A stretch of 64,000 nucleotides of DNA, from the NCBI RefSeq assembly GCF_023256195.1, contig NZ_JAGDWX010000018.1, positions 45,031 through 109,030 on the forward strand, in the 5' to 3' direction. Each line of letters opens with the position of its first letter. Positions within the stretch are counted from its first letter, which is position 1. This document shows positions 1 through 8,327 of this stretch, piece after piece. Position numbers and translations under genes: made by a program. The DNA comes from Acidithiobacillus sp. GTDB taxonomy: Bacteria > Pseudomonadota > Gammaproteobacteria > Acidithiobacillales > Acidithiobacillaceae. The notes beneath the pieces are model-generated. The model was not told where the DNA came from and did not search any database. It was given only the letters and a program-made list of their open reading frames with translations.

Positions 1-204
1 CGCGGTCTTCGCGCCTGCCACATATGGGTAGAGCGCCAGGGTGCGGAGATTCGCGTCCAAGCCTACGATACCCAGGGCCTGCCCATGGACAACTTCTACG
101 AATTTCTCTATCCCTACCCACCCACTGCCACCGCGGGACGCGAATCGTCCTCCACCATCCTCTATCCTGCCCTGCACGACCTGCTCGACCGCTATGGACG
201 CTGA
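1..204 (+). CDS. 3' end of an unidentified ORF (5' end lies outside the window)
   Basis: Frame 1 is open from the window edge to TGA at 202-204 (...YPALHDLLDRYGR*). Third codon positions are GC-rich like neighbouring genes. It overlaps the rfbD ATG by 11 nt, as in an operon. Product not recognised. Confidence 0.3.
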   Translation, partial: RGLRACHIWVERQGAEIRVQAYDTQGLPMDNFYEFLYPYPPTATAGRESSSTILYPALHDLLDRYGR

Positions 205-1096
205 TAAGCGCAAAACCTCCAAGCGGGTTCTCATCACGGGTGCGGGGGGCCAGGTGGGGCGTGCCCTGGCGCAGAGTGTGCCAGCAGGGGTCCAGGCCAT
301 CTTCGTCGATCGCCAGCAACTGGACATCAGCGATGCGGCAGCGGTCACCGCCTGCGTCTGCGCCCACCGACCGCAGATCATCATCAACGCAGCCGCCTAC
401 ACCGCCGTGGATCGGGCCGAATCGGAACCGGACCGGGCCCAGGCCATCAATGCCGTGGGCCCTGGCCACCTTGCCCGCGCCGCTTCGACCCTGGGTGCGG
501 AACTGCTCCACATCTCCACCGATTTTGTGTTCTCGGGGAGTCAGGGAGAGCCCTATCGACCTCGGGATGCCGTGGCACCCGTCAACGTCTACGGTGCCAG
601 CAAGGCAGCGGGTGAGCAGGCCATCCGCGAAACCCTGGGCGAAGACGCCCTCATTCTGCGCACCAGCTGGGTCTATGCTCCTTGGGGCCAGAACTTTCTG
701 CAGACCATGCTGCGACTCATGGAAACCCGGCCACGGTTGCGCGTCGTCTGCGATCAGGTGGGCAGCCCCACCTCCGCCCTGAGTCTCGCCGACGCCCTCT
801 GGCAGGCCACCGCACAGCGGGATTTCCGGGGTACCCAGCACTGGACCGACGCCGGCGTCGCCTCCTGGTACGATTTTGCCGTGGCCATCCAGGAAGAGGC
901 CCTGGCCTTGGGTCTGCTCTCCCGCAGCATCCCCATCGAGGCGATTCCTGCGAGTGCCTATCCGACTCCGGCCCGGCGTCCAGCCAACAGTCAGCTGGAC
1001 AAGACCGAGGCCTACGCCGCCCTGGGCGCGGCGCCGCACTGGCGCGTTGCCCTGCGCCGGGTGCTCAGCGCCCAGGCGACTTCATCCACCGCTTGA
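194..1096 (+). CDS. rfbD: dTDP-4-dehydrorhamnose reductase
   Basis: 300 aa from ATG 194. Rossmann motif ITGAGGQVG and catalytic YGASK (Y-x3-K); RmlD-like length. The GTG-41 extension in the ORF track is Pro/Thr-rich and was rejected. Followed directly by rfbB. Confidence 0.9.
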   Translation: MDADKRKTSKRVLITGAGGQVGRALAQSVPAGVQAIFVDRQQLDISDAAAVTACVCAHRPQIIINAAAYTAVDRAESEPDRAQAINAVGPGHLARAASTLGAELLHISTDFVFSGSQGEPYRPRDAVAPVNVYGASKAAGEQAIRETLGEDALILRTSWVYAPWGQNFLQTMLRLMETRPRLRVVCDQVGSPTSALSLADALWQATAQRDFRGTQHWTDAGVASWYDFAVAIQEEALALGLLSRSIPIEAIPASAYPTPARRPANSQLDKTEAYAALGAAPHWRVALRRVLSAQATSSTA

Positions 1097-1112
1097 TTCC
1101 AAGAGAGCCACC

Positions 1113-2237
1113 ATGCCGAACAACGACATCTTCCCGGAGAGACGCCTGCTGGTGACGGGCGGTGCCGGCTTCATCGGTGCCAACTTCTGCCACTACTGGC
1201 TGCATCAGCATCCCCACGCCACCTTGGTCGTACTGGATGCCCTGACCTACGCCGGCAACCGGCACAGTCTGGCCGGTCTGGAAAAGCGGCCGGGCTTTCG
1301 CTTCGTCCAGGGCGACATCAACGATCAGAATCTCGTGGAGCGGCTGTTGCGGGATCATCGCCTCAATGTGTTGGTGCACTTCGCCGCGGAAAGCCACGTC
1401 GACCGCTCCATCCACGAACCCGACGCCTTCATCCGCAGCAACATCCTGGGTACCCACAGCCTGCTGCGGGCAGCCAAGGCGGTTTGGCTGGACGGACCCC
1501 AGGGGTCCGTGCCCCATCGCTTCCACCACATTTCGACGGACGAGGTCTACGGCAGCCTGGGTCCCGAAGACCCTCCCTTCCGCGAGGATACACCCTACGC
1601 ACCCAACTCACCCTATGCCGCCAGCAAGGCCGGCGCCGATCATCTGGTACGGGCCTACCACCACACCTATGGACTGCAGACGACCACCAGCAACTGCTCC
1701 AACAACTATGGGCCCTACCATTTCCCGGAAAAACTCATCCCCCTGGTCATCGTCAACATCCTCCACAGCAAGCCTCTGCCCATCTACGGCGATGGCCGAC
1801 AGATTCGCGACTGGCTGTACGTCGAGGATCACTGCCGCGGGATTGCCGAGATCCTCGAACGCGGCGAGGTGGGGCAGAGCTACAACATCGGCGGCTGCAA
1901 TGAGTGGAGCAACCTGGATATCGTCCAGCTCATCTGCGCTGAAGTGGATGCGATCTTTGCCGAGGACGATGCTTGGCTGCAACGCTACCCCCTGGCGGCT
2001 CCGAGCCGTGGACGGCCATCGGCCGAACTCATTCAGCACGTGCGCGATCGTCCCGGCCACGATCGCCGTTACGCCATCGATGCCCAGAAAATTCGCGGCG
2101 CGCTAGGCTTCGCGCCGCAATTCTCCTTCGCCGAGGGGATCCGTCAGACCATCCGCTGGTACCTGGAACACCCCGATTGGTGGCGGCCCATTCTGGACGG
2201 CAGTTACCGCGACTGGATCGAGCGCCACTACGCCTGA
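1113..2237 (+). CDS. rfbB: dTDP-glucose 4,6-dehydratase
   Basis: 374 aa from ATG 1113. VTGGAGFIGANF NAD motif and YAASKAGADHLV (Y-x3-K). The 5' part of the 453-aa track ORF overlaps rfbD and was rejected. Confidence 0.95.
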   Translation: MPNNDIFPERRLLVTGGAGFIGANFCHYWLHQHPHATLVVLDALTYAGNRHSLAGLEKRPGFRFVQGDINDQNLVERLLRDHRLNVLVHFAAESHVDRSIHEPDAFIRSNILGTHSLLRAAKAVWLDGPQGSVPHRFHHISTDEVYGSLGPEDPPFREDTPYAPNSPYAASKAGADHLVRAYHHTYGLQTTTSNCSNNYGPYHFPEKLIPLVIVNILHSKPLPIYGDGRQIRDWLYVEDHCRGIAEILERGEVGQSYNIGGCNEWSNLDIVQLICAEVDAIFAEDDAWLQRYPLAAPSRGRPSAELIQHVRDRPGHDRRYAIDAQKIRGALGFAPQFSFAEGIRQTIRWYLEHPDWWRPILDGSYRDWIERHYA

Positions 2238-2279
2238 GGCATAGCCCCCGCTACCCGAGCAGAGAGATGGTCTGTCCGC

Positions 2280-2840
2280 TCAGCGGGTCTGCCACCAGGC
2301 GCGGGCCTTTCCAGCCGCCTCCCGGGCCGCTTCCGGTTCCGTAAGCCAGGCCTTGGCAAGTTCCGGGATAGCGGCGATGCTGTCGGCCTGCACGGCGCCG
2401 CCTGCGGCCACCAGGGCCCGGCTCGCGGCATCGCTGGCCTTGGGTCCCAGAACGATGGGGCAGCCCGCTTGGATGGGGCTCGCCAGATCCACGGAACCCC
2501 CGACCAGACTCCCCCCGGGAACACAGAAATCGGCACAGCCGTAGAAGTCGTCCCGCACCGCTGCCGTCTCGACGAAATAGACGCGGGTCTTGATGGGCAC
2601 GAAGCTCGTGAACAGGCGACTGTGGCGGATGGTCTGCAGGTGGTACTTGATGGCGTCCCGGTAGACGGGTTCGTAGCGTTCCGGGAGGTCCGGCGCGAGA
2701 ATCATGACGCCCATGCGCAGTCGCATCAGCGCCAGAAACACGGCGTAGGCCTCGGGCTCCTCATCCTGATGGGTGTTGGGGAAGTACACCACCAGTCGCC
2801 CGCGATCCCGAAACTCCTTGAAACGTTCACAGATATCCAT
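2280..2840 (-). CDS. Free-standing GT-B C-terminal half resembling Kdo transferase (WaaA/KdtA); possibly a relic
   Basis: 186 aa from ATG 2840. FYGCADFCVPGGSLVGGSVDLASPIQAGCPIVLGPK parallels E. coli KdtA [37 protein letters not shown]. The rest of the 447-aa track ORF is antisense to glgA and was rejected. Confidence 0.5.
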   Translation of the reverse strand: MDICERFKEFRDRGRLVVYFPNTHQDEEPEAYAVFLALMRLRMGVMILAPDLPERYEPVYRDAIKYHLQTIRHSRLFTSFVPIKTRVYFVETAAVRDDFYGCADFCVPGGSLVGGSVDLASPIQAGCPIVLGPKASDAASRALVAAGGAVQADSIAAIPELAKAWLTEPEAAREAAGKARAWWQTR

Positions 2841-2960
2841 GTCCCGTCTTCCTTGGCCAAAGCCCCCTGCGGCGAGGGGTCGCAATCCTTGAGGAATATA
2901 CGGGAGACACCGGGAATATTCAAAAAAGGCGATGAAGCCCACGGGCTTTCGTGCTAGGGT

Positions 2961-4424
2961 ATGGTCCCTTTGGCAAAACGGGAGCAGCCCTTGCGGATCC
3001 TCTTCGTGACCTCGGAAATGGCCCCTTTTTCCAAGACCGGCGGCCTCGGGGATGTCAGCGGCGCCTTGCCCCGCCAGCTCTTGGCGGCAGGGGAAGATGT
3101 ACGCGTGCTGGTCCCCTGGTATGGTCGGCCGGATTCCGCGCAGCTGCGCCATCGCGCCGATCTCTGGCTGCCGTTCAGTGGCGAGCGGGTGGAAATCCTG
3201 AGCCCGATGGATCATCCGCAGTGGCTTTTCCTGCGACACCCGGACTATGAGCGCCCGGGGTCCCCGTACCAGAATCCCGCGGGTGAGGACTGGCCCGACA
3301 ACGCCGAGCGATTCGCCCGTCTGTGCCGGGCTGCCGCAGAAATTGCCCAGGGACGGGTACCGGAACTCTCCTGGCAGGCGGAGCTCGTTCACGCCAACGA
3401 CTGGCAGACGGGGCTTGTGCCCTATCTGCTGGAGCTGGAGGCGCGCATCGGCGCAGCGCGACCGCGCACGCTCCTGACCATCCACAATCTGGCCTATCAA
3501 GGTCGATTCGACCCCGCGGTTCTGGAGCGCCTGCATCTGCCAGTCACGGACTTTCATCCGCAGGGGACCGAGCTCTACGGCAGTTTTTCCTTCCTCAAGG
3601 CGGGCCTCGTCTACGCCGATCACCTGAGCACGGTGAGCCCCACGTACGCCCGGGAGATCCAGCGCCCGGAATTCGGTATGGGGCTCGATGGTCTGTTACG
3701 GGCCCGCAGCGGCGCGCTCAGTGGAATTCTCAACGGCATCGACAGCGAGCAATGGAATCCAGCCGCCGATCCCTACCTACCGGCCCACTACAGCGCCGAC
3801 GATCTGCAGGGCAAAGCCACCTGCAAGGCGCGCCTGCAGCAGGAGCTGGGGCTGTTTCCGGATCCGCACGTGCCGCTGCTGGGCATGATCAGTCGCCTGG
3901 TAGAACAGAAGGGCTCGGACCTCGTCCTCGCCCTCGCCCCGGAACTCCTCAAGCGCGGTCTGCAGCTGGTGGTTCTGGGCAGTGGCGAACGGTCGCTGGA
4001 GCAGCGTCTGCGCGAACTCGGTGCTACACACCGTGGCCAGATGGCAGCGCGGATCGGCTTCGATGAGGCCCTGTCCCACCGCATCGAGGCCGGTGCCGAC
4101 ATGTTCCTGATGCCCTCCCGCTTCGAGCCCTGCGGCCTCAATCAGATGTACAGTCTGCGCTACGGTACCGTCCCCATCGTCCAGGAAACGGGTGGTCTTG
4201 CCGATACCGTCCACGATGTCGACGGACCCATGGCCCAGCTCGGCAACGGTTTTGTCTTCCACCCGGCGCAGGTCGATACCCTGCGTGCCGCCATCCTGCG
4301 CGCCGAGCGCTACTTCCGGCGGACCGCACTCTGGCACGAGTTGCAACGGCGCGGCATGAGCGAAGACCATAGCTGGCGAAGTGCCGCCCTTGCCTATCGG
4401 GACCTCTATCGCAGCCTCCTCTAA
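2961..4424 (+). CDS. glgA: Glycogen synthase (ADP-glucose type)
   Basis: 487 aa. N-terminal ILFVTSEMAPFSKTGGLGDV signature and GT5 length and architecture. Confidence 0.95.
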   Translation: MVPLAKREQPLRILFVTSEMAPFSKTGGLGDVSGALPRQLLAAGEDVRVLVPWYGRPDSAQLRHRADLWLPFSGERVEILSPMDHPQWLFLRHPDYERPGSPYQNPAGEDWPDNAERFARLCRAAAEIAQGRVPELSWQAELVHANDWQTGLVPYLLELEARIGAARPRTLLTIHNLAYQGRFDPAVLERLHLPVTDFHPQGTELYGSFSFLKAGLVYADHLSTVSPTYAREIQRPEFGMGLDGLLRARSGALSGILNGIDSEQWNPAADPYLPAHYSADDLQGKATCKARLQQELGLFPDPHVPLLGMISRLVEQKGSDLVLALAPELLKRGLQLVVLGSGERSLEQRLRELGATHRGQMAARIGFDEALSHRIEAGADMFLMPSRFEPCGLNQMYSLRYGTVPIVQETGGLADTVHDVDGPMAQLGNGFVFHPAQVDTLRAAILRAERYFRRTALWHELQRRGMSEDHSWRSAALAYRDLYRSLL

Positions 4425-4456
4425 GGTCCCGTGCCGCACAGCGAAGGGCGGCGCGC

Positions 4457-4478
4457 AAAACGCGGCGGCAGCGTTTTT
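4457..4478 (+). terminator. Candidate intrinsic terminator after glgA
   Basis: AAAACGC / GCGTTTT stem around a ggcggca loop, ending in a T5 run, about 30 nt after the glgA stop. Confidence 0.4.
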
Positions 4479-4560
4479 ACGAACCTCCTGGACGAGGCTC
4501 GTCTTGCCGCGAGGTCGCTTGGGTGGCCGGCCGCGCTACCCCATAACCCGGCAACGGGTC

Positions 4561-4566
4561 TATAAT
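4561..4566 (+). promoter_or_regulatory. Candidate -10 box (perfect TATAAT) for the downstream His-rich ORF
   Basis: TATAAT lies 40 nt upstream of ATG 4606, which has an AAGGAG RBS. No convincing -35 element. Confidence 0.3.
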
Positions 4567-4605
4567 GGCTCGCGATAATTCATGAACGATCCCAAGGAGT
4601 ACAGC

Positions 4606-5028
4606 ATGGCAGGACACTTTCCTTTTTCCGGCAAGGCCAACAGGGTTTCCGTTTTTGCCTTCTTCGAGGCCCATAACTGGGGCCTGGAAGCACAGGAAAA
4701 GTACTTCGAGCACTGGTATACCTGGACCAAGAATTTCGTCATGAACGACCCGGATCTGCTGGCAGCCAAGGGTGTGCTCTTTCAGGGCGAGCATTTCCAC
4801 TTCGGGACCCACGCGGATCATGAGTTCCACCTGCACGGTTATGCCATCGCTACCCGCCTGCTGGACCTTGGCGAGTTCATCAAGGGCAGCATCTTGCCCA
4901 AGCTGGATCCCGATGCCCTGCACCGGCTGGAAGAAGAGCACCACCACTGGATAGAGGACGCCAACGCCGTAGCGGCCAAGCATCCCCGCCCCGAAGCTCC
5001 GGAGATCGGACGCTATCGCCACGTCTGA
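4606..5028 (+). CDS. Hypothetical His-rich soluble protein (140 aa)
   Basis: ATG 4606 is preceded by AAGGAG; the track start at 4582 lacks an RBS. 15 His in 140 aa (GEHFHFGTHADHEFHLHGY, EEEHHHW). No TM segment. Family not recognised. Locally lower GC by eye. Confidence 0.6.
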   Translation: MAGHFPFSGKANRVSVFAFFEAHNWGLEAQEKYFEHWYTWTKNFVMNDPDLLAAKGVLFQGEHFHFGTHADHEFHLHGYAIATRLLDLGEFIKGSILPKLDPDALHRLEEEHHHWIEDANAVAAKHPRPEAPEIGRYRHV

Positions 5029-5052
5029 GTTGCCCGGCACTCCCTCCCGACC

Positions 5053-5712
5053 TTGAAGCAGGCCCGCAGGAAGCGCGCGGCGCAATGTTTTGCAGCGCTG
5101 CGCGCAAGCATCCCGGACCCGCGCACGGAACTTCACTACGCCAGTCCTTTTCAGTTACTGGTGGCGGTGGTGCTCTCGGCGCAGAGCACCGACAAGGCCG
5201 TCAACCTCTGCAGCGCCGGCCTGTTCGCGGCAGCACCCACACCCGAAGCGATGTGGGAACTGGGCGAGGACGGTATCCGCGCCCACATCCGTAGTCTGGG
5301 TCTCTTCAACGCCAAGGCACGGCACGTCCACGCCTTGGCGGGGGTCTTGGTAGAGCGTTATGCCGGACAGGTCCCCAACACGCGCGAAGCGCTGGAATCC
5401 TTGCCTGGAGTGGGACGCAAGACCGCCAACGTGGTCCTCAACACCCTCTTTGGTGAACCCACCATCGCCGTGGATACGCACATTTTTCGTGTCGCCAATC
5501 GCTTGGGGATCGCCCCCGGCAAGACCCCGCTCGCGGTAGAGAAAGGCCTCATGGAGGTGGTCCCGGAGGAAATGCGCAAAGATGCCCACCACCTGCTGAT
5601 CCTGCACGGTCGCTACACCTGCACGGCGCGTAAACCACATTGCGGCAGCTGTGCCCTCTTCTCCTGCTGTGCTTGGCCCGACAAGACTCTTTGGCAGCGG
5701 AGCCCCAGCTAA
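5053..5712 (+). CDS. nth: Endonuclease III
   Basis: TTG start. Helix-hairpin-helix LPGVGRKTANVVL. C-terminal 4Fe-4S ligands C-x6-C-x2-C-x5-C (CTARKPHCGSCALFSCC). Confidence 0.93.
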   Translation: MKQARRKRAAQCFAALRASIPDPRTELHYASPFQLLVAVVLSAQSTDKAVNLCSAGLFAAAPTPEAMWELGEDGIRAHIRSLGLFNAKARHVHALAGVLVERYAGQVPNTREALESLPGVGRKTANVVLNTLFGEPTIAVDTHIFRVANRLGIAPGKTPLAVEKGLMEVVPEEMRKDAHHLLILHGRYTCTARKPHCGSCALFSCCAWPDKTLWQRSPS

Positions 5713-5771
5713 GCACCGGTTTCGCCTCGGGTGCGCGGGCGCCGGCGGCCCTCCTGACCGAAGCCATCACC

Positions 5772-6794
5772 ATGGCGCGCGCGGCCATAGGGCAGGCCGA
5801 GATCACCGCCGCCATCGTGCTGTTCAGCCCGCCGCACCTCCTGCTGCCGCGTGAGGCCTTGCGTCGCGCGCGGACCGAACTCGGTTGTCTTCAGTTCGTG
5901 GTCGGTACCTTTCCCGGCGTCTTCACCCAGGACGGCAGTGCCCTGGGCAGTTCCGCCTGTGCGGTACAGCTTTTCGCTGCGCCCCTCGGTCTTGCCTGGG
6001 CCCAGTCGGCGCGTTCTTTGGCGGGCACTCCCTTCCTGTTGTGGGACCGGCCCAGGGTCGGACCGCCCCACTATGGTGAAACTTGCCCCGGCGGCGCCTT
6101 CGGTGCCGTTGGCAGTCACATCAGCCAGTGGCAAGGGGCCAACGGTCGACCGCTTCCGGGTGGTCTGTGCCTGCAACTGGTGGGACCATTGCAGGCGCGG
6201 AGTCAGGCCTCGCGGGGCCTGCGGGCGCTCACCGAGCTACTGCCCGTGCGCCGTCAGCAAGGTGCCTTGCTCCTGGCCTTGGAGCGCTACTCAGCACTAC
6301 CCCTGCTGGCCCGCAATATTCCCTACGCCCTGCGCCAATCCCGTAAACTGCCCCTGGATCGTTTCGTGGTGGTGGAAGTGGCGGAAGACGAGGACATGGA
6401 GCCGGAACTCCTGTCCATCACCGCTACCGATATCGGTCAGAGCGGTCTGTGGCTGGAGCGACCCCTGCGCCACGGTGCCAGGGCCTATCTGGCGGTCCGC
6501 GATCCCGAGCTTGCACGGCGCGATACCCGCTTGGCCCTGGACGCCCTCGCGGCCAGCGATGTGGTGGCAGAGACGGCGTGGATCAGCAGCTCCGTCGGGC
6601 GGGGGGCGCAGTTCTTTGGCCAGCAGGACGACGATCTCGTCCTATGGAAGGAGCGTTTTGGTGCCTTGCCGGTGCTCGGGGTCTACGCCCTGGGAGAGTT
6701 CCATCCCAGCAGCGCGGGCCACACCCGATTGCTAAGGTTCAGCAAGGTCTTTACCATGATGGGAGCACTGCGGCGGCCAAGCGCCATGGGCTGA
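5772..6794 (+). CDS. FIST-domain (FIST_N + FIST_C) sensory protein with no output domain
   Basis: Architecture and the C-terminal LGVYALGEFHP motif (compare GFYSYGEI of FIST_C). The start is uncertain: ATG 5772, or TTG 5640 overlapping nth. Confidence 0.65.
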   Translation: MARAAIGQAEITAAIVLFSPPHLLLPREALRRARTELGCLQFVVGTFPGVFTQDGSALGSSACAVQLFAAPLGLAWAQSARSLAGTPFLLWDRPRVGPPHYGETCPGGAFGAVGSHISQWQGANGRPLPGGLCLQLVGPLQARSQASRGLRALTELLPVRRQQGALLLALERYSALPLLARNIPYALRQSRKLPLDRFVVVEVAEDEDMEPELLSITATDIGQSGLWLERPLRHGARAYLAVRDPELARRDTRLALDALAASDVVAETAWISSSVGRGAQFFGQQDDDLVLWKERFGALPVLGVYALGEFHPSSAGHTRLLRFSKVFTMMGALRRPSAMG

Positions 6795-6857
6795 GCGCGG
6801 CAGGCACACAGATCGGGTCGACCCGACCGTGAGTCCAGAACCCAAGAGGGAGCTTAC

Positions 6858-7778
6858 TTGAACATCGTCACTCGTATTGCGTTGTCGCTCGCCTGTCTGT
6901 GTAGTGCGGCTTCCGTCACCGCAGCGGAATTCCCTTTGCCACCGCCGCCGGACAATGTGATCGGCAGCCTCGCGTATACCGAGGCCCGCTACGAAGATAC
7001 CCTCATCGACATCGCTCGCCGCCACGACATCGGCTACGACCAGATGCGTCTCGCCAATCCGAAAGTCGATCCCTGGCTCCCCGGTGCCGGGACGCAGGTA
7101 CTCATCCCGGGCGAGACCGTACTGCCCGACGCGCCACGCCAGGGCATCGTCATCAATCTCGCCGCCATGCGTCTTTTCTATTACCCGCAGGGCGGGAAGG
7201 GTGCGACGGTGGTGAGCTACCCGCTCGGGATCGGCCGCGAGGGCTGGCGCACGCCTCTAGGGCAGACGCGGGTGACGAGCAAGGTCAAGGATCCCACCTG
7301 GACGCCGCCGGCCAGCATCCGTGCTGAGCATGCGCAAAATGGCGACATGCTTCCGGACGTGGTCCCCGCTGGGCCCGACAACCCGCTGGGCCAGTACGCG
7401 CTGCGCCTGGGTTGGCCGGGCTATCTTATCCACGGTACCGACAAACCTTGGGGGGTAGGCATGCGCGTCAGCCACGGCTGCATCCGTCTCTACCCCGAAG
7501 ACATTGCCAAACTCTATGCCGCCGTGCCGGCGGGCACCACCGTCACCGTCGTGAACCAGCCCTGGCTGTGGGGGCGGCGAGGAGATCATCTGTACCTGCA
7601 GGTCAATCCCGTACTGGACGATGACTCCAGTCCCGCCGAAATCGAGGCCCGTTTCATGATCTGGCTGAAGGAAAGCGCGCCCAAAGGTGTGCAGATCGCG
7701 CCGGCGCGCGCTCTGGAGATTCTGCACCGAGCCGAAGGAGTGCCGGTACTCGTTGCCATCCTGCCTCCGGCGGAATAG
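6858..7778 (+). CDS. L,D-transpeptidase (LysM + YkuD domains)
   Basis: Signal peptide. LysM-like DTLIDIARRHDIGYDQMRLANP. YkuD catalytic motif LIHGTDKPWGVGMRVSHGCIRL. Confidence 0.88.
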   Translation: MNIVTRIALSLACLCSAASVTAAEFPLPPPPDNVIGSLAYTEARYEDTLIDIARRHDIGYDQMRLANPKVDPWLPGAGTQVLIPGETVLPDAPRQGIVINLAAMRLFYYPQGGKGATVVSYPLGIGREGWRTPLGQTRVTSKVKDPTWTPPASIRAEHAQNGDMLPDVVPAGPDNPLGQYALRLGWPGYLIHGTDKPWGVGMRVSHGCIRLYPEDIAKLYAAVPAGTTVTVVNQPWLWGRRGDHLYLQVNPVLDDDSSPAEIEARFMIWLKESAPKGVQIAPARALEILHRAEGVPVLVAILPPAE

Positions 7779-7791
7779 TCGTTGCTCTTGC

Positions 7792-7822
7792 AAAAAAAAC
7801 CCCGCCGTCGGCGGGGCTTTTC
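7792..7822. terminator. Bidirectional intrinsic terminator between convergent genes
   Basis: A8 run, then CCCCGCC (7800-7806), a gtc loop, GGCGGGG (7810-7816), then CTTTTC. It can serve both the transpeptidase (+) and the lpp-like gene (-). Confidence 0.7.
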
Positions 7823-7841
7823 CCGAAAACTTTCGGTGGTC

Positions 7842-8147
7842 TTACTTCATCATCGCCTTCTTGAACATGCGCTCCACCTTCTCATTGGCTTCTTCAGCCT
7901 TCTGATTGGCGGAATTGGCAGTGCTCATGGCCTGATCGGCGGTGCTCTGTGCGGCATTGGCCTTGCTCAGGGCCTCAGTGGCGGTGTTCTGAGCAGCATT
8001 AGCCTTCGCAAGCGCCTCGTTGGCCGTGGACTGCGCGGCGTCGGCCTTGGCAGCAACCTTGTTCAGGTCGGAGGTGGTGGCGCAACCGGCCAGACCCAAG
8101 GGCAGAATCAGCGCAGTAACCTTCAAAGCGGTGGTGAACTTGCTCAT
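7842..8147 (-). CDS. Braun-lipoprotein-like (Lpp-like) alanine-zipper lipoprotein
   Basis: 101 aa. Lipobox L-A-G-C at residues 19-22. The mature part has 80 aa of Ala/Gln-rich heptads and ends ...KVERMFKKAMMK with a terminal Lys (E. coli Lpp ends ...ATKYRK). AAGGAG RBS. Confidence 0.8.
   Translation of the reverse strand: MSKFTTALKVTALILPLGLAGCATTSDLNKVAAKADAAQSTANEALAKANAAQNTATEALSKANAAQSTADQAMSTANSANQKAEEANEKVERMFKKAMMK
7884..8051 (-). repeat. Four tandem ~42-nt (14-codon) repeats inside the lpp-like gene
   Basis: Units are AKADAAQSTANEAL / AKANAAQNTATEAL / SKANAAQSTADQAM / STANSANQKAEEAN. The DNA-level similarity is visible by eye. Confidence 0.6.
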
Positions 8148-8266
8148 GACAGTCTCCTTTGTTGAGTTGGATAACGAGCAGTTAAAGCATAGTCAAAAAA
8201 AGTCCGGCGCACCAGCACGCACGGAGCCATTGGCTGCGCCCCGCTGTCGAGCATTCCGAGGCCGCC

Positions 8267-8294
8267 ATTGTAGCAGTTCCGTACCCGCACTCAA
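8267..8294 (-). promoter_or_regulatory. Candidate sigma-70 promoter for the lpp-like gene
   Basis: On the minus strand: TTGAGT, a 16-nt spacer, then TACAAT, about 120 nt upstream of the ATG. Confidence 0.3.
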
Positions 8295-8327
8295 TATGCC
8301 GAACAGAGCAAAGAACGAAAAAAACGG

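Noticed and set aside
2893-2950. AT-rich inverted repeat GAATAT...ATATTC and a small AAGCCC-acg-GGGCTT hairpin upstream of glgA
   Set aside because: The stems are short (6 bp) and lie in a divergent promoter region. I cannot distinguish them from chance or assign a regulator, so I did not report them as features.
2841-3623. 5' 261 codons of the 447-aa minus-strand ORF (a possible N-terminal half of the GT-like gene)
   Set aside because: This stretch lies antisense to glgA and shows no similarity to the N-terminal domain of Kdo transferases. The GT-like similarity begins only at Met 2840.
4332-4345. TGGCACGAGTTGCA, a sigma-54 promoter-like string
   Set aside because: The GG-to-GC spacing is 2 nt shorter than the -24/-12 consensus, and the site lies inside the glgA coding region.
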